Shown here piece after piece: positions 17,797 through 26,387 of a DNA stretch of 64,000 bases. The stretch is from Dehalococcoidia bacterium (GTDB lineage: Bacteria > Chloroflexota > Dehalococcoidia > GIF9 > AB-539-J10). The notes under the pieces are model-generated. The model ran no database searches. It was given only the letters and a program-made list of their open reading frames with translations, and was not told the DNA's origin. Where the stretch lies: positions 78,560 to 142,559 of the forward strand of contig DAOUMA010000008.1 of assembly GCA_034414555.1 (NCBI GenBank). Direction: 5' to 3'. The translations under genes were made by a program, and so were the position numbers. The number at the start of each line of letters is the position of its first letter. Within the stretch, counting starts at the first letter, position 1.

Positions 17797-18053
17797 GGTA
17801 TGTTGTTCTCCTGGAAAGTCGAGCCGAGAAGGAGCTTAAATCTCTTCCTCAAGGGGTTTTGAAGCGGGTGGATATTAAGTTGCAAGCTTTGTCGCTCAAT
17901 CCTCGCCCAAGAGGTGTAACAAAACTAAAAGGAAAAGAAAGTGAAGGATGGCGACTTAGAATAGGCGATTATCGGCTCCTTTATCAAATCGATGATAAAG
18001 AGAATGTCGTGCGTATCTATAAAATTAAACACAGACGGGAAGTTTATCGCTGA
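17793..18053 (+). CDS. RelE/ParE-family type II toxin
   Basis: 86 aa. ...GDYRLLYQIDDKENVVRIYKIKHRREVY is typical of RelE/ParE. It overlaps the antitoxin by 4 nt. Confidence 0.8.
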   Translation: MRYVVLLESRAEKELKSLPQGVLKRVDIKLQALSLNPRPRGVTKLKGKESEGWRLRIGDYRLLYQIDDKENVVRIYKIKHRREVYR

Positions 18054-18370
18054 TCTTCCTTCTCTATCTGCTGAACATGCCTAGGGCAATTGGTTGTCAC
18101 TACACTTTTCGGCGCTTTGATTAGCGTGACCTGATAATTCCCGGTCGCATGGCACAGAAGCCTGAAATGTGCAATTGATGGTTTTGGAGTTCCTATTCTC
18201 ATTGACTGGTCAGACTCAACATGATAGAGTCCAAACGAAGAGCTCGAGGAAAGGAGAAAAAATATATCGTGGCATACTTTTTTGCCGACATCTTCCTAGC
18301 CAATGGTGTGCCCACTTCGTGCACCGCATATCTGGATTGAGTATAACTGTCAAGTTCAGGGCTTGAGCTA

Positions 18371-18988
18371 ATGGAACAACTAATACTGGATTTTATCCGC
18401 CATGTCTATCAGGTCATCGGCTGGCCTGGCGTGGTGTTACTGATGACTATAGAGAGTGCCTGCATCCCATTGCCCAGCGAAATCATCATGCCGCTTAGCG
18501 GATGGATGCTGATTGCAGACAGGGGACTGGGGGTAGGATATATCGTTTTGGCTGGCTTCTGCGGTGCTGTTGGCAATGTTGTCGGTTCAGTGATCGCCTA
18601 CTGGGTAGGCGCCTGGGGTGGTCGTCCCTTTCTCAATCGCTACGGGAAATACCTCCTCATCTCGCGACATGACATTGAGCTAGCTGACCGCTGGTTTGAT
18701 AGATACGGTGACCGAATAATGTTCTTCTCGCGGCTCCTCCCGGTAGTCCGCACCTTCATCAGTTTCCCCGCTGGAATAGCCAGGATGAATATGGGTAGGT
18801 TCCTACTCTACTCGTTCCTCGGCTCTCTCCTTTGGTCTACCGGTCTGGCATACGGCGGTTACATTCTGGGGCAGAACTGGGAACACATCCGCGAGGTGAT
18901 TCGGCCTTTCGATATCCCTATCCTGGTCGTATTCCTGGTCCTGGTTGTCATCTTCATCTCGCGGCGACTTAAGAGGCCATCACCTTAG
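18371..18988 (+). CDS. DedA-family (VTT domain) membrane protein
   Basis: LLMTIESACIPLPSEIIMPLSGW...FFSRLLPVVRTFISFPAG is the DedA signature. Confidence 0.8.
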   Translation: MEQLILDFIRHVYQVIGWPGVVLLMTIESACIPLPSEIIMPLSGWMLIADRGLGVGYIVLAGFCGAVGNVVGSVIAYWVGAWGGRPFLNRYGKYLLISRHDIELADRWFDRYGDRIMFFSRLLPVVRTFISFPAGIARMNMGRFLLYSFLGSLLWSTGLAYGGYILGQNWEHIREVIRPFDIPILVVFLVLVVIFISRRLKRPSP

Positions 18989-19347
18989 CCGCGGGACCCG
19001 AACAAGATTACACATATAACCTCATCACACAGGTGAGACCAAATTGATCTCCCTGTTGTTCCAGGCCGATCACCAACGACAAGAGGCTCCTGGTGAGGCA
19101 GATTGCTAGGATTAAGAGTTGCTCAACAACGTTGTCTACACTTTCTGGAGAAGCAGGTGTTCACCATAAAGCCGCTACTTATCTTAGCCCTCGGGAAGAT
19201 AGCCACAGAATCTTGCCCGCAGATCAAAGGTGAGAGGGTACCCTCTAAGTTCAAGCTCAAGGATTCGGTGGCAAGCCAAACAGCGTGGCTTGACTATGGC
19301 CGCTGATGGCAATGACCATAGGGGGTTGGGAACGCCTGGCACTATCA

Positions 19348-19381
19348 GCCTTCAACGTAACCAACGCCGTGGCAGACAGGG
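19348..19381. repeat. 34-bp direct repeat (ccttcaacgtaaccaacgccgtggca..gggc), copy 1
   Basis: Near-identical copy at 24395-24428. Confidence 0.6.
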
Positions 19382-19455
19382 CGATAACACTTTTTCTATT
19401 GCCATCAGAATATGAACTGCATAAAATAGAGCTCTTGCGGAGTGATTAACGAGTT

Positions 19456-20298
19456 GTGACAGTTAAAATCGTAACTGATAGTGTTGCTGATTTACCACCT
19501 GATGTGGTTAAAGAGCTAGGCATTACGGTGATTCCCCTACTTGTTCGCTTCGGAGAAAAGGTCTACCGCGACGGTGTTGACCTGACTGCTGAGCAGTTCT
19601 ACAAGAAGCTGAAGCAGAGCAAGGTCCTTCCAGGGACTTCAGTACCATCACCGGCGACCTTTGCTACGGCATATGATAAGCTGGCTGAAGACACGGATAA
19701 AATCCTGGCTATCATTCTCAGCTCTAAGCTCAGCGGCACCTATGAGGTAGCGCAACAGAGCGTTGGCCTAATGAACAAGAAATGCAGGGTAGAAGTGATT
19801 GACTCAGAATGGGCTGCTATGACAGAGGGATTCATAGTCATGAAGGCAGCTAAAGCGGCTCAGGCTGGCGCCAGCCTTGACGAAGTGATAGCGATAACTC
19901 GAAAGACTATTCCCCGTGTGGATTTTCTATGCACCTTCGATACTCTGGAATATCTCCGGAGAGGTGGGCGTATCGGTAAGGCTCAAACATTTCTAGGGTC
20001 AGTACTCAGGGTGAATCCTCTAATCACCCTGAGGGATGGTGTGGTTGAACCAGCAGGCAGAGCACACTTTCGCGCTAAAGCGATAGAGCGTCTATATAGC
20101 TTCGCTACGAGCTATTCCTCCATCGAGGAAATGGCTGTAGAAGACACTGCTTGCCCCGACGAAGCGGAGACACTTGTTAAGCGACTTAGCGCTAAATTTC
20201 CCAAAGAGCGTATCTATCGGTCAAAAATGACCCCGGCAATCGGCACACATACCGGTCCTGGCCTCCTGCTGGTAGCTATATTAGGAGATAAAAAGTAG
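19456..20298 (+). CDS. DegV-family fatty-acid-binding protein
   Basis: 280 aa. MTVKIVTDSVADLP... is the typical DegV N-terminus. Confidence 0.85.
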   Translation: MTVKIVTDSVADLPPDVVKELGITVIPLLVRFGEKVYRDGVDLTAEQFYKKLKQSKVLPGTSVPSPATFATAYDKLAEDTDKILAIILSSKLSGTYEVAQQSVGLMNKKCRVEVIDSEWAAMTEGFIVMKAAKAAQAGASLDEVIAITRKTIPRVDFLCTFDTLEYLRRGGRIGKAQTFLGSVLRVNPLITLRDGVVEPAGRAHFRAKAIERLYSFATSYSSIEEMAVEDTACPDEAETLVKRLSAKFPKERIYRSKMTPAIGTHTGPGLLLVAILGDKK

Positions 20299-20420
20299 CT
20301 GTGCAACCGAATGGATGGAACATCAATCTTCCATTTACGGAGAGCGTTTCCGCATTTTGGCATTGTACCTATCTGCCCAGAACTGAAGAAAATAAGATTA
20401 AAACCTGATTCCGAGGAAAG

Positions 20421-20993
20421 TTGAGTATGAATGAACCTATTGATGCAAATCAGGCAGTCAACCCCATTCGCTACGAGCTAGCTATCACGGCAGCGGAAGC
20501 GAGACTCGGAACTAAAAAGATATTGTCAAGGCGTGGCAAAAAGCTGGAGGTAGATATCCCGGCTGGAGTAATAGCAGGCAGCACAATAAAATTAACTAAC
20601 GCTCTCCAGTTAACCGATGGTCAGCCTGGAGATATTCTAATTCAAATCAAGGTCAAAGATGAGAAAGTGGCAGCCAGAGTCATTGAAGTTAATGACGGCA
20701 ATTTTGAACATGAGGTGTTAAGATGCAAGACGCCCGTCGTAGTAGATTTCTGGGCACCATGGTGCGGCCCGTGTCGAATGATTGCTCCGATAACTGAAAG
20801 GCTAGCAGAGGAGTATCAAGGTCGGGTCAAATTCTGTAAGTTTAATGTAGATGAGAATCCTCTGGCGGCAGCGAAATACCAGGTTATGAGTATACCGCTG
20901 TTGCTATTTTTCAAAGATGGCAAGGTGAATGAACAAATTGTTGGCGCAGTTTCCGAGTCTGCGGTTCGATCAAAAATAGAAGCAGTACTTTGA
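20421..20993 (+). CDS. Thioredoxin with an approximately 100-aa N-terminal extension
   Basis: WCGPCRMIAP active site in the C-terminal 105 aa. The N-terminal 100 aa are of unknown fold. Confidence 0.8.
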   Translation: MSMNEPIDANQAVNPIRYELAITAAEARLGTKKILSRRGKKLEVDIPAGVIAGSTIKLTNALQLTDGQPGDILIQIKVKDEKVAARVIEVNDGNFEHEVLRCKTPVVVDFWAPWCGPCRMIAPITERLAEEYQGRVKFCKFNVDENPLAAAKYQVMSIPLLLFFKDGKVNEQIVGAVSESAVRSKIEAVL

Positions 20994-21321
20994 TATTAGC
21001 AGGCTCCTCGGGAGACAAACATTGCATCGATAGACAGGGAAGTTCCAGGCTACTTTCTTGCAGTGGTATAATAAGTCTGACACCCGAATCAAGGTAATTT
21101 ACTGAGCATATACCAATAGGGACCAGGCATGCTATGAAATTGCTCAGTATTTCAACGTGGAGATGGCCATAACAGAATCCACGATTAAATCGCGGTTTGC
21201 GGGCGAGATTTTAGAAAGAATATAGAACGACATGGAGAACATAGGGCTCGGTGGTATGTCTAGAGGCGAAATTTCAAAGCATTTGCGAGAAGGAAAAATT
21301 TGAACACGGAAGGAACGCAGC

Positions 21322-22500
21322 ATGCCTGAATGGATGAAAATGGTTGGTGAACTTGGTCCTGAGAAAATCATCCATGTTTATGACCCTGCTGCTGGGATGA
21401 AAGCTGTTGTTGTTATTGACACTGCATCACTAGCCGGGTCAGCAGGCGGCACCCGCATGCTTCCAGATATAACTACGCAAGAAATATTCTGGCTTGCCAG
21501 GACGATGACATACAAGTTCGCCATCCTTGATATCCCAGTAGGTGGTGCCAAGGCAGGCATATGGGCTGACCCCATCACGAGTGGGGCGCCGCGAGAAGCT
21601 ATTCTGAGAGCCTTTGGGAATGCGGTGAAGCCATTGCTTACAGCAGGAGTAATTCTAGGAGCCGACATGGGCACTGATGCCAGAGATGTAGCAACCATCT
21701 ACGAAGGGGCTGGCGTCCCCTCGGGAAGCACGGGTCTGGCGCGGCAAGAAAAGGATGGGGAACCGCTTGAGGATCATGCCACAGGCTATGGGGTTGTTGT
21801 AGCTGCTGAGGCAGCCTGTGACTTTGCCGGCATGAAGCTTAAGGGGGCTACTGTAGCCATTGAGGGCTTTGGCAAGGTGGGTGGTGGCGTGGCACGCTAT
21901 ATGACTGAGGCAGGTGCTAAAGTAGTGGCAATATCAACCATACATGGGACAGCGTATAACAGGGAAGGGCTTGACATTAAAAAGCTTCTGGAGGCACGTA
22001 AGAAATCCGGGGATAAAGCTGTAGAGGAATATGAAAATGCCCAACACATCGATAGGGAAGCACTATATTCCCTTCCCGTTGATATTCTTGTCCCGGGTGC
22101 ACGCCCTTACGTGATCGACAAGAATAACGCCAGTCAGGTTCAGGCTAAAGTCATCTCCAGCGTCGCCAACATACCCATCACTGATGAGGCGCAAGAGATG
22201 CTGTTCAAGCGAGGAATATATTCAGTCCCTGATTTTATTTCCAATGCTGGTGGGGTTGTGCTTGGGGTGGTTGATGTCCTCGGAGGCACAAGCGACAATG
22301 TCTTCAAGTCCTTGAGGGAACTCCTCGGCCCGCTAACCCACAACATACTTGCTGACGCCCGCAAGGAAGGAATCAACCCTCGGAGTTTAGCCGTAAGAAG
22401 AACCACCCAGAAGGTGCTAGAAGCACGAACGCAAAAGGAGCCAGCACCATCTTGGGAGGAGTTGCTCAAACTTGGTAGACAGCGCCTCAAGATGTGGTAA
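21322..22500 (+). CDS. Glu/Leu/Phe/Val-family amino-acid dehydrogenase (glutamate dehydrogenase-like)
   Basis: GGAKAGI active-site region plus a Rossmann GFGKVGG motif. Confidence 0.8.
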   Translation: MPEWMKMVGELGPEKIIHVYDPAAGMKAVVVIDTASLAGSAGGTRMLPDITTQEIFWLARTMTYKFAILDIPVGGAKAGIWADPITSGAPREAILRAFGNAVKPLLTAGVILGADMGTDARDVATIYEGAGVPSGSTGLARQEKDGEPLEDHATGYGVVVAAEAACDFAGMKLKGATVAIEGFGKVGGGVARYMTEAGAKVVAISTIHGTAYNREGLDIKKLLEARKKSGDKAVEEYENAQHIDREALYSLPVDILVPGARPYVIDKNNASQVQAKVISSVANIPITDEAQEMLFKRGIYSVPDFISNAGGVVLGVVDVLGGTSDNVFKSLRELLGPLTHNILADARKEGINPRSLAVRRTTQKVLEARTQKEPAPSWEELLKLGRQRLKMW

Positions 22501-23082
22501 GCATTTATAGAAAATGAGGTAGGTATAGCAACAGCGATAAAGGACGAGCTCTGTAGCCCGAGGGAGAAAGTTTCTCACTTTGCCCAGCAGAACATTGCTC
22601 ACCGTAGTGACCTTCACACCAGCAATGAGTTTCCTTATGACATCTGGCACAAGATGTCTCAGGAGAAGCTTCTGGGAGTTGGAATTCCACAGGAATATGG
22701 GGGGATGGGAGGCAACTGTCTTTCCATAGCGGTAGCCGGAGAAGCAATGGTACGGCGAGGACACAGCATGGGACTTGCTGTGTCATGGCTAATGCATGAG
22801 CTTATTTCCCGTTTTGTGATACTGAAGTTTGGAGACTCACGGCAGAAAAATAAATATTTACCTGAGTTCGCAAACGGCGAGCTCATAGCTTCTTTTGCCA
22901 TTTCAGAACCGGGTGGAGGAGCTCATCCTAAATATTTGAAAACAGTTGCTCATGAAGAGGGTAATGGTTATGTGTTGAGCGGGGAGAAATACTACCTGAC
23001 AGTCGTTATCGCGGGTGCTATAATCTCAATGAAAATAGCGAGTCAGGCAAAGCCTGAGTTTGTCTATATCGCCCGCTGTTAG
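22501..23082 (+). pseudogene. Truncated acyl-CoA dehydrogenase (N-terminal and middle domains only, no canonical start)
   Basis: The frame is open directly after the gdh stop with no ATG/GTG/TTG until M at 22654. Typical ACAD N-terminus (...FPYDIWHKMSQEKLLGVGIPQEYGG...ISEPGGGAHP...). The ORF ends after about 190 aa against about 380 for the family. Its 3' end runs into repeat motif A (23009-23035). Confidence 0.6.
23009..23035 (+). promoter_or_regulatory. Motif A copy (cgcgggTGcTATAATctcaatgaaaa), an extended -10-like element about 230 nt upstream of the MBL gene
   Basis: 26/27 identity to 15882-15908. Confidence 0.4.
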
Positions 23083-23249
23083 CTGAAATTCGCCCGCCAC
23101 GTATTTTCTGTAAAGGGACGGCAGGAAGGAGGTGATGTCTATGCCAAACCAAAACTGGCCTCTTCACCCGCAGGAAGCGAAGGGGTTGTTTCGTTTTAGT
23201 TAAACAGCCCGATATAGTTAATTGAATTTAATCTATCAGGAGGTGCTAC

Positions 23250-24188
23250 ATGATGAGTGGATTGAATTTGCGAGAAGCAGACAAACTGGAAGTTACAGTC
23301 TTGGTAGACAATTACACCGATGCACTCTTGCTCCAGGGCACAGACGTCGTCAAGCGGCCACTGATTCCTCCTCCCAAGCTGCTCCGGGCAGAACATGGAT
23401 TATCATGTCTCCTCAAAGTCTACGCCGGCACAGAGGAACATCTAGTGCTGTTCGACGCAGCGGTATCACCGACCTGTTTCTTTCACAATGCAGACCTTCT
23501 ACAGGTAGACTTGAGCAAAGTTGAGTCTGCGGCTCTGAGCCACGGTCATTTCGACCATTTTGGAACTATGGTAGAATTTCTAAATAGGGCTACAAAAGGA
23601 ATACCTCTTGTCCTCCATCCGGACGCTTTTCTTCAGCGCCGTATCAATGTCCCCGGTGTCGGACATGCAGATTTTCCTACGTTGGATGAGACAGCGTTAA
23701 AGAAAACGGGAACAGCGCTTCACAAAATCAAGGAGGCTTCTACACTGGCGTCAGACCTCATCCTGGTTTTGGGAGAAGTGGAGCGAGTAACCGATTTCGA
23801 GAAGGGCTTTCCCTGGGTTGAAGCGAAAATTGATGACGAGTGGGTAGTGGACCCTTTTCATGATGACCAGGGGGTAGCGGTCAAGGTGAAGGACAAAGGA
23901 CTGGCAGTCATTGGTGGATGTTCTCACGCCGGCATCATCAATACGGTCAAATATGCCCAGAAAGTTGCACAAGCGGACAAGGTCCATGCAGTGCTGGGCG
24001 GGTTTCACCTCACCGGGCCGATTTTTGAGCCAATCATCGGGCCAACTATCGAAGAGATGAAGAAGATAGAGCCGGATTTCGTTGCGCCCATGCATTGCAC
24101 CGGGTGGAAAGCTATCACTCAATTTGCCGAAGAGATGCCGGAGCAGTTCCTCCTTAATACCGTAGGCACAACCTATGTCTTCCAATAA
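23250..24188 (+). CDS. MBL-fold metallo-hydrolase
   Basis: HGHFDHFG metal-binding motif. 312 aa. Confidence 0.8.
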   Translation: MMSGLNLREADKLEVTVLVDNYTDALLLQGTDVVKRPLIPPPKLLRAEHGLSCLLKVYAGTEEHLVLFDAAVSPTCFFHNADLLQVDLSKVESAALSHGHFDHFGTMVEFLNRATKGIPLVLHPDAFLQRRINVPGVGHADFPTLDETALKKTGTALHKIKEASTLASDLILVLGEVERVTDFEKGFPWVEAKIDDEWVVDPFHDDQGVAVKVKDKGLAVIGGCSHAGIINTVKYAQKVAQADKVHAVLGGFHLTGPIFEPIIGPTIEEMKKIEPDFVAPMHCTGWKAITQFAEEMPEQFLLNTVGTTYVFQ

Positions 24189-24394
24189 CCCTGATAACCT
24201 GTCTAAGTAATTCAAGTGAAATTCAGTTGATAAGGGTGAGGCGATATTCTTGATAAAAATCACGATAGGAGGCGTTGAATATGGCATTTAAATCAGCGTT
24301 TGTTGCCATGCCCCTGATGCAGATTTGGAAAAGCACAGGTGCGTAATTGAAACGTCCAACTACAAGGGATTCAGCAAGATTCCCCACCATCAAC

Positions 24395-24428
24395 CTTCAA
24401 CGTAACCAACGCCGTGGCAAACGGGGCA
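24395..24428. repeat. 34-bp direct repeat, copy 2
   Basis: Matches 19348-19381. Confidence 0.6.
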
Positions 24429-24605
24429 CTCGTCATTCTGGCGAATTCCAATAGCGCCTTTCAGAAACGGCGGTAAGTCTTTTCTGGGCACTTCCCCTTG
24501 GCATTTATAGAGGAGTCCCAGCATTTCGATGGCATAAAGGCTACCTATGATGGGTCAAAATATGCTTTAATGTGGGGAAGTATTAACTTTAAAGGAGCGG
24601 ATTGG

Positions 24606-25277
24606 ATGGACAAAATAGAATTGAAGGTTACCAAGCGGGACATTCTGGGCAAAAAAGTCAGGTTTTTACGCCGACAAGGGGTTACCCCGGTGCATCTTTT
24701 TGGGCATGGTATCGAATCAATGGCGCTGCAATGCGATACTGCCAAGCTTCGGCAAATATTAGCTAAAGCAGGGGAAGCCAAGCTTATTGATGTCAAACTC
24801 GGTAGCGAAAAGAGGCCAAGGAGCGTTTTAGTCCGTGAAATTCAGGTAGACTTGCCAAGACACGAATTGCTCCATGTAGATTTTTATCAGGTAAGAATGG
24901 CGGAGGCAATAAAGGTGGAAGTTCCTATTACCTTGGTTGGGGAAGCGCCAGCCTTGAAAGTGAGGGAGAATACCCTGGTGCAGGAGCTCGATACTTTGAC
25001 CGTTGAGTGCCTCCCAGCAAATATTCCTACCAGTATAGAACTGGACATCAGTTCCCTCACCGAGTCAGGCCAGGTGCTGCGGGTGAAGGACATTGAACTG
25101 GAGAAAGGGGTTACTGTCCTTAACGACCCAGAGGTGGTGGTGGCGATGATTAGTGTACAACGGGTAGAGGAGGTAGTAGCAGAGAAGGTGGTAGCCGAAG
25201 AGGTGGCAGCAGAAGAGGAGGTTGAAGAAGCCCCGGAGGAAGCTCCGCCGCCTGAAGGGAAGTCTAAGGAAGAATAA
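24606..25277 (+). CDS. rplY: 50S ribosomal protein L25 / general stress protein Ctc, with an acidic C-terminal tail
   Basis: MDKIELKVTKRDILGKKVRFLRRQGVTPVHLFG. SD AGGAG 8 nt upstream of the ATG at 24606 (the ORF track started earlier). Glu/Ala/Val-rich tail. Confidence 0.85.
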   Translation: MDKIELKVTKRDILGKKVRFLRRQGVTPVHLFGHGIESMALQCDTAKLRQILAKAGEAKLIDVKLGSEKRPRSVLVREIQVDLPRHELLHVDFYQVRMAEAIKVEVPITLVGEAPALKVRENTLVQELDTLTVECLPANIPTSIELDISSLTESGQVLRVKDIELEKGVTVLNDPEVVVAMISVQRVEEVVAEKVVAEEVAAEEEVEEAPEEAPPPEGKSKEE

Positions 25278-25278
25278 T

Positions 25279-26361
25279 GTGATAAAGACGAAGCTCTGTG
25301 AGTTACTGGGGATAAAATATCCCCTGATACAAGCAGGCATGGGACCATTTCAAACGCAGAAGCTAGCTCAAGCAGTGGCAAATGCCGGGGCACTCGGGAT
25401 TATCAGCACAAGCGGCATCATTTTCGGTAGTTTAGGAGTGGATTTAGGTCCTCTCACCACAGAAAGAGGTGACCCATACGATGTGGTAACAAAATACATC
25501 CGCGAGGTGGGTAAAGGCACTAAAAAGGGAGCGACCTTTGGGATAAACGTTATGGTGTCCGCTGAGCTTAGCACGCCAGCAAGGGAGTTTGTCCGGGCGG
25601 CGGTCAATGCGCGGGACGAGGATGCGGATATAAGGGAAGGACTCAAGGTGATAATCACTTCAGCCGGAGACCCTTTGCCCTGGACCGATGTGATAAAGCC
25701 CAGCGGGCTCAAATGGTTTCACGTGGTTCCTTCAGTTCGTCACGCTAAAAGGGCTGAAAAAGCCGGTGTAGATGCGGTAATCGCTTCAGGGCATGAGGGG
25801 GGAGGTCATGTAGCCTGGGAGCCAGTCCATACCATGGCCATTCTTCCTTCAGTGGTCAATGCCGTGGGTGTTCCGGTAATCGGTGCCGGTGGATTTTGTG
25901 ATGGCGCAACGCTCGCTGCAGCTCTTGCTTTAGGAGCCGTAGGGATTCAGATGGGCACCAGATTTATTGGCACAAAAGAGGCCGATACGTGTTTTGGGGA
26001 CATATGGAAGAATCGGCTGTTAAAAACCGATGAGAGAAGCACGATAGTAGCCAGAGGTTTTGTTGGTCCTCTACGGTATCTGAGAAATGAGGCATCTGTT
26101 CAACTTGCCAGACTTACGGTTGAGAAAGTTCCCAATTTGTTTGTCGGTCAACCCGATATAACCCTGGACCAGACTCTTCTTGCCACAGAAATGGAAGGGC
26201 ATAGGGCCTTGGCGGGAGAAGATGATGAGAAGGCACTTTTTTATGGAGGTGAGGTGGCAGGAAGAATACAGGATATCCCGAGTGTGAAAGAACTTGTAGA
26301 AAGAATAGCGGAGGAAGCGGAGAAGATAATAAAGGAGTTACCCGGCAAGGTTATCGTTTAG
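25279..26361 (+). CDS. Nitronate monooxygenase / FabK-like FMN-dependent oxidoreductase
   Basis: ...GIKYPLIQAGMGPFQTQKLAQAVANAGALGI...GHEGGGH. GTG at 25279 lies immediately after the L25 stop, with an AGGAAG SD. The ORF track began at an upstream ATG inside L25. Confidence 0.7.
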   Translation: MIKTKLCELLGIKYPLIQAGMGPFQTQKLAQAVANAGALGIISTSGIIFGSLGVDLGPLTTERGDPYDVVTKYIREVGKGTKKGATFGINVMVSAELSTPAREFVRAAVNARDEDADIREGLKVIITSAGDPLPWTDVIKPSGLKWFHVVPSVRHAKRAEKAGVDAVIASGHEGGGHVAWEPVHTMAILPSVVNAVGVPVIGAGGFCDGATLAAALALGAVGIQMGTRFIGTKEADTCFGDIWKNRLLKTDERSTIVARGFVGPLRYLRNEASVQLARLTVEKVPNLFVGQPDITLDQTLLATEMEGHRALAGEDDEKALFYGGEVAGRIQDIPSVKELVERIAEEAEKIIKELPGKVIV

Positions 26362-26387
26362 GGGGCAATGATTGGGTAAGGTCTCCC

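Noticed and set aside
18169-18366. 65-aa ORF in the 300-bp spacer before the DedA gene
   Set aside because: No ribosome-binding site is present, and the composition is unremarkable. It is probably promoter or leader region.
19103-19415. Two overlapping small ORFs (67 and 61 aa) upstream of degV
   Set aside because: They have no SD, they overlap one another, and they contain the 34-bp direct repeat. They are probably intergenic.
24887-25393. 168-aa minus-strand ORF
   Set aside because: It is antisense to the L25 gene and the nitronate monooxygenase start. Its Ser/Thr/Ala-rich low complexity mirrors the Glu/Ala/Val tail of L25.
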